Positions 56,827 to 64,000 of a stretch of 64,000 bases of DNA are shown piece by piece. The stretch is from IMG/VR virus record IMGVR_UViG_3300027759_000051; one strand, given 5' to 3'. A program made the position numbers and the translations under genes. A model generated the notes under the pieces. It worked only from the letters and a program-made list of their open reading frames with translations, had not been told where the DNA came from and made no database searches. Within the stretch, counting starts at the first letter, position 1; the number at the start of each line of letters is the position of its first letter. Origin of the DNA: a virus.

Positions 56827-57369
56827 ATGGACACGGAAGATTTTATTAGTAACTCTATTATTGAAAATCCAGTAGAAGCAGTAAATGCTCTACGGAAAGC
56901 AATAGTTAAAATTGACTCAACATTTACCGCTTTTACAGAAACAAACCCTAGCGTTTCTGAAACTGCAGGAATTTTGCTTGAGTTGAACCTTGCCAAGAGA
57001 GATCTCGCAATGGTTTACGACTCACTGAGTGCGTCTTTCTCGCGACTCATGGAAATTGAAAACAGCACAGAGGTTGAACTTGATGGCGGTGCGACTATTG
57101 AGAAAAAGAGTTCTTATGATCGCAAGGGATGGCAACATAAAGAACTTGCCTCTGCTGTCGTTGATCGCATTATTCAGTATTCGGTTGATATGGACACTGG
57201 AGAAAACTTAAAGAGCTCGAGAGAAGTGGCACTCGAACTTCTCAACTATTGCGCACCTTCGTATTGGAGAGTAAAAGAACTTTCCTCAATAGGGATCAAT
57301 GCTGATACTTATTGCGAAACAGGAGATCTCAAAACATCAATTATAGTTAGGAAAGGTAATAACCAATGA
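56827..57369 (+). CDS. hypothetical protein in recombination operon
   Basis: 180-aa ORF, AAGGAA RBS. Confidence 0.75.
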   Translation: MDTEDFISNSIIENPVEAVNALRKAIVKIDSTFTAFTETNPSVSETAGILLELNLAKRDLAMVYDSLSASFSRLMEIENSTEVELDGGATIEKKSSYDRKGWQHKELASAVVDRIIQYSVDMDTGENLKSSREVALELLNYCAPSYWRVKELSSIGINADTYCETGDLKTSIIVRKGNNQ

Positions 57370-58049
57370 GTAATGAAATTATGAAGCAATTAGCGGAACC
57401 GTTTGCTCCAGAGATGGAAAAAACAATGTCAAAGGGTGGGACACGACTCACCTATATCCCCGTAAGTGAAGTTATCAACAGGCTGAATAAGGTTCTTGGT
57501 ATTGATAAGTGGTCTTTTGAGGTCATCTCGTGCAGTAGGGACGCTATGGATCCAGAGTACATCGTTGCTCACATCCGCCTTTCGTGGATGACTAGCGACA
57601 AGTACACAGAAAATTACGGCCCAGTAATCACAAGGGACGGTATTGGTGGTCAAAAGATCAAGCGCACAAAAGCTGGAGACATTGTTGACCTTGGCGATGA
57701 GATGAAGGGTGCTATGTCTGATGCACTCAAGAAGGCAGCACAGACTCTGGGCGTTGGTCTTTACCTTGCTCGTTCTGACGATGCTATGGATGCAGAAGAT
57801 ATTGCAGAATCACCCGCTCCCGTTGTTGTTCAAGACAAAGAACTTGCTGAGAAGTGGGATCGGTTTACTTCCATTGTTAAGGATTTCAGCAGTGAGCAAA
57901 AGGCTGAACTAAATAACTACTGGATTGCAAATGGTGAGGGAAATCCAAAGCCAACAAAATCAACAGCAACACACCAAAGCCTAGATTTGCTTGTCGCAGA
58001 GTCGGTTCGCATCTCTTTTGGCGGTGAGTATGCAAATAGAGCAGATTAA
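57366..58049 (+). CDS. Rad52/Sak-like single-strand annealing protein
   Basis: LTYIPVSEVINRLNKVLG..W, KGAMSDALKKAAQTLGVGLYL. Confidence 0.9.
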   Translation: MSNEIMKQLAEPFAPEMEKTMSKGGTRLTYIPVSEVINRLNKVLGIDKWSFEVISCSRDAMDPEYIVAHIRLSWMTSDKYTENYGPVITRDGIGGQKIKRTKAGDIVDLGDEMKGAMSDALKKAAQTLGVGLYLARSDDAMDAEDIAESPAPVVVQDKELAEKWDRFTSIVKDFSSEQKAELNNYWIANGEGNPKPTKSTATHQSLDLLVAESVRISFGGEYANRAD

Positions 58050-58812
58050 TCTAACTCCCCCACCTCATCTTTCGGTTTCTTCAATACAGACATATCAACA
58101 GTGTCCATTAAAGTTTAAGTTCAGTAAAATAGACTTGATCAAAGACGCACCAAATGAATCGTCAATGCTTGGAAACTTCGTTCATGATGTTCTCGAAATG
58201 CTTTATAAGCAAGAAAAAAATTCACGAACATTAAATTTGGCGAAGTTTTACGCAAGGCAACTATGGGATGAGGTTTGGTTTCCAAACGTGCAAACCCTGA
58301 TGCTCAGCGAAGAGAAAATTCGCCTATTCAGGTGGAATGCTTGGTGGTGCATTGAGAATCTTTGGAGACTAGAGAATCCAGAATTAATAGTTCCGCTAGG
58401 TATTGAACATGAAGTAAATGTTGATATTGGCGGAGTAAAAATAAAGGGATTCATAGATAGATATTCACAAAGTGAAGACTCTTTGATGCTTACTGTAAGT
58501 GATTACAAGACTGGCAAGACTCCTAGAAAAGAATTCCAAGATGATAAATTTTTTCAACTTAACGTATACGCAAAAGCGCTGTCCGTTTCAGGGGTTGGAT
58601 ACGCAGATCACTTAGAACTTCTATACCTAAAAGATGGTGTCAGACTGAAGCGAGACATAAGCGAAAAGGGAATAGAAGAAGCTGTAGAAACAATACAGCA
58701 AGTTAAAAGTGATATAGATAACAGTTGTTCAACTGGAAATTTCCCAGCAGTAAAGTCAGTCCTTTGTGGCTGGTGTAGTTATAAACCTATTTGTCCGAAA
58801 TGGAAAAAGTAA
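58030..58812 (+). CDS. PD-(D/E)xK RecB/Cas4-like exonuclease
   Basis: LSVSSI..CP, GFIDR, DYKTG, QLNVY, C..C..CP; likely start MQIEQ. Confidence 0.9.
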   Translation: MQIEQINLTPPPHLSVSSIQTYQQCPLKFKFSKIDLIKDAPNESSMLGNFVHDVLEMLYKQEKNSRTLNLAKFYARQLWDEVWFPNVQTLMLSEEKIRLFRWNAWWCIENLWRLENPELIVPLGIEHEVNVDIGGVKIKGFIDRYSQSEDSLMLTVSDYKTGKTPRKEFQDDKFFQLNVYAKALSVSGVGYADHLELLYLKDGVRLKRDISEKGIEEAVETIQQVKSDIDNSCSTGNFPAVKSVLCGWCSYKPICPKWKK

Positions 58813-59318
58813 TGATAAATGATGATGCATTCGCAGAAATGGTTGCAGAAGAAGTTAAGAATAAACTCCACTCTTCTGAGAAGAAAATTCTTCTTCAAGA
58901 AGAGAACTGGGATAGATGGAAGCAGTGCTTGCTTGCGCTGGTTGACAATCTAGAAGAGCAGATTTACAACATTGAGAACGACGCTGCTCATGACAAAATT
59001 AGATATGAGGCAATGGGTGCTGATGGGCGAAGATTAGCCAAGGAAGCAGCACAAGCTTACAATGGTCGTAAATCAAAGATCGGCAGATTTCTATTCCACG
59101 TAAATAAAAGACTTGACCAAGTAACAGGAATGATGGAAACCGGGAAAGTTATTGAGTCTGACGGATGGATAGAAGCAGAGTTGCTGAAGAAGGCAATTAT
59201 TCGTCACCGCTCAATGCTGCGTGATTACGATCTTGAAGAGACAGCAATTGACAGGGCTCTATGGAGTACACTTGACGGTAGTTGGAAATTTGACGAGATA
59301 GATCCGTCATCACTATAG
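58812..59318 (+). CDS. coiled-coil hypothetical protein
   Basis: ORF coupled by TAATG overlap. Confidence 0.7.
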   Translation: MINDDAFAEMVAEEVKNKLHSSEKKILLQEENWDRWKQCLLALVDNLEEQIYNIENDAAHDKIRYEAMGADGRRLAKEAAQAYNGRKSKIGRFLFHVNKRLDQVTGMMETGKVIESDGWIEAELLKKAIIRHRSMLRDYDLEETAIDRALWSTLDGSWKFDEIDPSSL

Positions 59319-59326
59319 ATCCCAAC

Positions 59327-59683
59327 ATGGAGGCATCCATGCTGAACAGGAAAAAACCCCTCAAGCAAAAAAGTCAAATTAAAAAAAGATCTAAAAAAAC
59401 AGAAGAACTGTACAAACAGCGTCGTCCCTTTGTTGAAAAGATACTGAGAGAGCGACCACTTTGTGAAGCATGCAAAGTTTTTGCGATACATGATGAAAAA
59501 GTAACATTTAATCAACATATGAGCAGAGATGTTCATGAGATCATCCGCAGATCACAGGGCGGATCAATCCTTGATGAAAATAATGTTCTTGCTGTTTGCA
59601 GGCCGTGCCATGTGCGAATTGGTAATTATCCACAATTAGCATTTGATCTTGGACTAGCCAAGCACGGATGGGAAAATAATTAA
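59327..59683 (+). CDS. HNH-like endonuclease
   Basis: CEAC..DVHEIIRRSQGGS..NVLAVCRPCH. Confidence 0.85.
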   Translation: MEASMLNRKKPLKQKSQIKKRSKKTEELYKQRRPFVEKILRERPLCEACKVFAIHDEKVTFNQHMSRDVHEIIRRSQGGSILDENNVLAVCRPCHVRIGNYPQLAFDLGLAKHGWENN

Positions 59684-59732
59684 TACAACTATTACTCCTT
59701 TCTGTAAAATGAATAAGTCTAAACTTTTTTAC

Positions 59733-60003
59733 TAGGTACCTAAAGCAACGCTAACTTTCGAGAACAGAAAGGCAAGGTGGTCCAATGTCTAGTGGATTTC
59801 TCCACGGCAAGGAAGCTCGGGTCTCATAGGCATATTGAACCTATAACCAAAAGCCACAACCGCTGGTTTGCTCTGCAGGCACCGGCGGTTGTTTGCTGTT
59901 TTGGGACGAAAATTGATATAAAATGTTTATCTGGGCGCGCCCAAACCCTTAGGACCGTTACAGATGCAGAAGCCGGGAGATTAAATTCTTCCGGCTTCTG
60001 CAT
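59733..60003 (+). ncRNA. candidate structured RNA
   Basis: Several nested hairpins plus 5'/3' pairing ggtacctaa/ttaggacc in a 340-bp intergenic gap. Confidence 0.4.
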
Positions 60004-60019
60004 GTAGTAGGTTTGTTTC

Positions 60020-60550
60020 ATGAACCTCATGGGGCTAGACCTCTCATTAACGTCTACTGGTTATTGCATCAATGAGGAACCTTCTGTCATAAAAACAAAA
60101 TTTAAAGGGGCGGAAAGACTTTCAGTTATCTCTAACTTGATACTTGAAGCCGCCATTGGAAAAAATGTTAATTTAGTGCTAATTGAAGGTTATGCATTTG
60201 GGGCTAGGAATAGTCAGTCGCACAGCATTGGCGAACTTGGAGGGGCGGTGAGGATGAAACTCTGGGAATCCAAGATCCCATTTGTTGATATCCCACCAAC
60301 GTGCAGAGCAAAGTTTGCAACAGGAAAAGGTAATGCAAGCAAGAACGAAGTCATCTCTTCAATATCTGCAAAAACTGGAATTGTTTGGGCTGGATCTGGA
60401 GCAGATGATATGTGTGATGCTTGGATTCTTGAGCAAATGGCTATAGCGAAACTTGGTATTTCAAGATATGATTGGACGCAATTACAACTATCTGCCCTAG
60501 ACAGTATTGAATGGGGACTACTGAAGGAGATTGATATTGAACAGATCTAA
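60020..60550 (+). CDS. ruvC: RuvC-like Holliday junction resolvase
   Basis: GLDLSLTSTG, IEG, ATGKGNASK, DDMCDA. Confidence 0.9.
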   Translation: MNLMGLDLSLTSTGYCINEEPSVIKTKFKGAERLSVISNLILEAAIGKNVNLVLIEGYAFGARNSQSHSIGELGGAVRMKLWESKIPFVDIPPTCRAKFATGKGNASKNEVISSISAKTGIVWAGSGADDMCDAWILEQMAIAKLGISRYDWTQLQLSALDSIEWGLLKEIDIEQI

Positions 60551-60875
60551 TCCTATTAGCCAAGTTGACGTAGAGTCGGAAATTCTCCGTCTTTTGGATG
60601 ATCTAGAGAGGGAAACTGAGGCATTTGAAACCCTCGCAGTTGATTCCTCAAAAAAAGAAGCTCTTTACAAATCAAACTGGGCTAAAGAATATCTTTCGGC
60701 AAAAGGATCAATCAAGGAAAGAGAGGCATGGGCAGACTACAAGATGGACACCATTGCCTATGACCTAAAAATAGCTGAAGCGCTAACCAAGTCAAAGCGC
60801 GAGAAGCTGCTAAGTCTCAGAACGGCGATTGACGCCATGAGAACACTAAACGCTAACGTAAGGGCTCAGGTATGA
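60531..60875 (+). CDS. coiled-coil hypothetical protein
   Basis: 114-aa helical ORF. Confidence 0.7.
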   Translation: MILNRSNPISQVDVESEILRLLDDLERETEAFETLAVDSSKKEALYKSNWAKEYLSAKGSIKEREAWADYKMDTIAYDLKIAEALTKSKREKLLSLRTAIDAMRTLNANVRAQV

Positions 60876-61165
60876 AATTTATAAAAAAGAATAAATCACT
60901 ATTCCCAGAGAACTTAACAAAACATTGGGAATCGGCAGCGCACAGAAGATACTCAAGTATGAACGACGACGATGTTTGTCCATGGAATCTAAGTCCAAAG
61001 ACAATTGATGAATTCGTACTAGCATGCGATAAGCGCAATGAGTGGCACAAGAGTAATGCCGGAGACCATCGCTATTCTTGGTGGTCATGCCTATTGACGC
61101 ACGACTTAATGGAAGACATCGCAAGAACATTAAAGGAAGTTAAAGATGCCCAACGGAATACATGA
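60872..61165 (+). CDS. hypothetical protein
   Basis: 97-aa ORF coupled to neighbours. Confidence 0.6.
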   Translation: MKFIKKNKSLFPENLTKHWESAAHRRYSSMNDDDVCPWNLSPKTIDEFVLACDKRNEWHKSNAGDHRYSWWSCLLTHDLMEDIARTLKEVKDAQRNT

Positions 61166-61925
61166 GTCGTTAAAAAACTTATCAGTTGAAGTTAATACGC
61201 TTTCTCCGCTCGATGGTAATCCAAGAATTGGAGACGTTGATGCGATCATGGCTTCATATAAAGAATTTGGTCAATTAAAGCCGATAGTTGCCAAAAAAAA
61301 CGACGACGGAACAGCAACAGTAATTGCCGGAAACCATCAATTAGCTGCCGCAATACAACTTGGGTGGGACAAGATTGCAGTTGTTTTCATTGAGGCTGAC
61401 GACAAGAGGGCGATTGCTTACGCTATTGCTGACAACAGAACCATGGAACTCGGGTATACCGAGCCAGAGTTGCTTGAGAACATGTTAAATGAAATATCTG
61501 ATTACTACCCAGAGTTACTGGACGGTCTTGGCTGGGACGAGTTTGACATGGCAGAGATTGAGCAATCTTCACTGCGTGAAGGTTCTGAACTTTCCACCAG
61601 TGGAGTCTACTCAACTCCAGTAATGGTTGACCAAAAACCAAAGTTTGACGATCCCGTAAGACTTCACGTAGAAGAAGACGAGGATGGCGATAGGAAAATA
61701 GTTGCTTCGCCCGGAATGGATCACAACGATATAGCAATCAGGGGTTCAACGATAAACTCACCTTCGCCACAGGCTGTCGTTCAGTACACATTAGTGTTTG
61801 ATAACACGGATCAGCAAGCAATTTGGTATGACTTCATAAGGTGGCTAAGGAATGATCCAGCAATTGTTGGGTCAACAACCGCAGAACGCTTAGTTGATTT
61901 CATACAGGCACGCACAGAGGTATGA
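61146..61925 (+). CDS. ParB/Srx-like N-terminal domain protein
   Basis: NPRIG, FGQLKPIV, IAGNH, AIADNRT. Confidence 0.85.
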   Translation: MPNGIHESLKNLSVEVNTLSPLDGNPRIGDVDAIMASYKEFGQLKPIVAKKNDDGTATVIAGNHQLAAAIQLGWDKIAVVFIEADDKRAIAYAIADNRTMELGYTEPELLENMLNEISDYYPELLDGLGWDEFDMAEIEQSSLREGSELSTSGVYSTPVMVDQKPKFDDPVRLHVEEDEDGDRKIVASPGMDHNDIAIRGSTINSPSPQAVVQYTLVFDNTDQQAIWYDFIRWLRNDPAIVGSTTAERLVDFIQARTEV

Positions 61926-63064
61926 CAAGACAGAGAATGTTCCTTGACATGACATGTGTTGAGGCTGCTAGGCAGAGAATAAGACACGTATACGATACTT
62001 TTGACACCGTATGCGTTCAGTTCTCTGGAGGCAAGGACTCAACAGCAGTTATGTACCTCGCAAAAGAGATACACGAAGAGCGTGGACTCGGCCCGGTGAA
62101 AGTTATCTTCAGAGATGAAGAAATGGTTAGTCCAGCGACAATCAAGTATGTTGAGAAGGTTCGCAATTACGACTGGGTTGACATGGAATGGTATTGCCTT
62201 CCATACCCAGCGGAGATATGGATACTTGGAACCAGAGTAACAACACTGCTATGGAGTAATGCCAGAAAAGAACAGGGAAGGCTTGTCAGAGATATTCCTG
62301 AATGGGCAATTACTGGAGAAAACTTCGGGCTGACTCATGATGTCTCTCTTCCAGAACAGACTGATTACTACACCATGCAGGGAAAGACTGGAAACGTAGC
62401 TTTCATCACTGGAGTTAGAGCCAGTGAGTCAATGGTTCGCTACAGGTCATGCGTACAGAAGTTACACGAAAGCTACATAGTTACTCCGTACAAGTTGAAG
62501 CGCAGTATTCCAATGAAGTTCGCAAAGATCATTTACGACTGGAATACGAATGATGTATTCAAGTATATAATTGATGAGCATGACGCTGACTTTTGTGAGT
62601 ACTACGAACTGGCTGCAATGACGGGAAGTAATACAAGAATTGGCATTCCTCTTCACAGCGTGGCGATTAGGAGAATAGGTGACGTTGTGGCAACTGAGCC
62701 AGAATTCTATGATCGCCTCTTCGAGTGCTTCCCTGACATTGATGCTCAAAAAAGATGGTGGCCTGATTTTGATATTGAAAAACTTATTTTAAAGTATTCG
62801 GAAAAAGGATTTGACGGAGCATCTGCGTTCATCAACGATTACTTAATTGGTGACAGGAGAAAAATGGAGGCCAAGGCTTATGTCGCCAAGTTTAGGAAAA
62901 AACACTTTGAGAGTCCTTCCTCTTACCCGATAAGTTGGCTAATAAGAAACCTCGCCTTAAATGATATAGATGTAAATTCACCAAGCCCAGTCGGACCTGG
63001 AACTAGGGCTTATACCGTTCGTGAAATGGAAACAGAGAAAAGTAATGAACATCCCGAAGATTGA
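61922..63064 (+). CDS. PAPS-reductase-like PP-loop protein (IbrA-like)
   Basis: FSGGKDS PP-loop, GVRASES..R, IYDW..DV. Confidence 0.88.
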   Translation: MTRQRMFLDMTCVEAARQRIRHVYDTFDTVCVQFSGGKDSTAVMYLAKEIHEERGLGPVKVIFRDEEMVSPATIKYVEKVRNYDWVDMEWYCLPYPAEIWILGTRVTTLLWSNARKEQGRLVRDIPEWAITGENFGLTHDVSLPEQTDYYTMQGKTGNVAFITGVRASESMVRYRSCVQKLHESYIVTPYKLKRSIPMKFAKIIYDWNTNDVFKYIIDEHDADFCEYYELAAMTGSNTRIGIPLHSVAIRRIGDVVATEPEFYDRLFECFPDIDAQKRWWPDFDIEKLILKYSEKGFDGASAFINDYLIGDRRKMEAKAYVAKFRKKHFESPSSYPISWLIRNLALNDIDVNSPSPVGPGTRAYTVREMETEKSNEHPED

Positions 63065-63602
63065 GATTGTGCCCATTGATGAATTAGTCGTCCCTAGTTG
63101 GAGAGCAACTCACACGCTGAGACCAAACTTGCTGACAGTTTCAGCCTCCTTGGTAAAGTACGGGTTCATACAACCGATCCACGTTATGAGCCGTAAAAAC
63201 ATAATTATTGACGGCACGGAAAGGGTGAACCTATGCATGTCGGTAAAGAAACTATCTGAAATAAAAAGCAGTGGTATACCAGTCATTTTTCATGACATAT
63301 CTGAACAAGAAGCAATGATGATGCACCTTCAGTTCAATAGGGGAAATGGAAACATCGTTGCGAAGAGAATGTCTTCAATAGTAAGGAAGCTGTACGTTTC
63401 TAGTGCATATACAGAAAAAGACTTCAATGAAATGCTTTGCATGAAGAATTCAGAGTTTAGTTTAATGCTTGACGGATCTATTTTTAAGAATAGAAAGATA
63501 CAGGAACACAACTACTCAAGGGCGTGGGTTCCAGTAGAGGCTCCACCTGGCACGATTGACAATGGACCCTTCATAGAGAAACCGCCAAATGACGATAGGT
63601 GA
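63045..63602 (+). CDS. ParB-like protein (IbrB-like)
   Basis: SLVKYGFIQPI, IIDGTER, HLQFNRGNG. Confidence 0.8.
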   Translation: MNIPKIEIVPIDELVVPSWRATHTLRPNLLTVSASLVKYGFIQPIHVMSRKNIIIDGTERVNLCMSVKKLSEIKSSGIPVIFHDISEQEAMMMHLQFNRGNGNIVAKRMSSIVRKLYVSSAYTEKDFNEMLCMKNSEFSLMLDGSIFKNRKIQEHNYSRAWVPVEAPPGTIDNGPFIEKPPNDDR

Positions 63603-63664
63603 AAGTTAAAAAAATTGAAAATGCTATAATCTTCTCTACCGACTATCATTAGAGGAGCAAATTT

Positions 63665-64000
63665 ATGCCTGGATTGCGCTATGGCCCAGACATTACGGAT
63701 GATGCGGCATCGTTGATGATTTCCGAAAACAAGATGAAAGCAAGGCTTCGTGCTGCGCAGAATCCAAGAACTCAGCAAACCATTAAAGCAAGACTTGCAA
63801 GACTCAATCAAACTACTCAGGATGTTTTCGGCAGTAGGGAAAACAGAAACAGACTTGCGCAGTATTCAATTGGAAATGCTGGCTATGCAAGGGGAAACAG
63901 GACTAGCGGAACAAGAAAAGCAATTAGGAGTCCATTGGGCGGACCTGCGCAGAAAGCTGGGAAAACAGGGTTTAGAGCTCGTCCCGGCATAAAGAGATCG
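63665..64000 (+). CDS. basic hypothetical protein, partial (runs off window)
   Basis: AGAGGAG RBS then MPGLRYGPDITDDAA.., open to the window end. Confidence 0.65.
   Translation, partial: MPGLRYGPDITDDAASLMISENKMKARLRAAQNPRTQQTIKARLARLNQTTQDVFGSRENRNRLAQYSIGNAGYARGNRTSGTRKAIRSPLGGPAQKAGKTGFRARPGIKRS

Noticed and set aside
58030-58812. Cas4 as part of a CRISPR system
   Set aside because: Context next to a Rad52-like annealase indicates a recombination exonuclease.

Overview
Segment of a large tailed dsDNA phage genome with an HK97-type head and an actinobacterial host (WhiB, actinobacterial-type SSB, a perfect CGAAC-N4-GTTCG SOS box, IdeR/DtxR-like boxes). Left: small early-type genes, a 1.7 kb non-coding region and two AUA-decoding tRNAs. 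Middle: replication and nucleotide genes (primase-helicase, WhiB, class II RNR, dCMP deaminase) and two Arg tRNAs. Then a ~31 kb minus-strand head operon (portal, prohead protease, giant accessory proteins, major capsid). Right: terminase, recombination genes (Rad52-like, PD-(D/E)xK exonuclease, RuvC) and a ParB/PAPS-reductase cluster. No tail genes are seen. Main finding: giant polyproteins built from cassettes separated by a conserved [GASEP][LM]SS[GA] linker, 21 exact GLSSG and 29 with variants. One of them begins with the prohead protease and appears to be extended by a -1 programmed frameshift (A_AAA_AAA plus a GC hairpin at 45574-45613) to about 3590 aa. The cassettes look like host-conflict effectors (ArdC, RelA/SpoT-like, DEDDh exonuclease, ParB, WYL, zincin, ART-like). 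Two cassettes are duplicated with boundaries at the linkers. This suggests a modular, head-loaded, proteolytically processed effector payload. All domain calls come from motif recognition by eye; no database searches were run.
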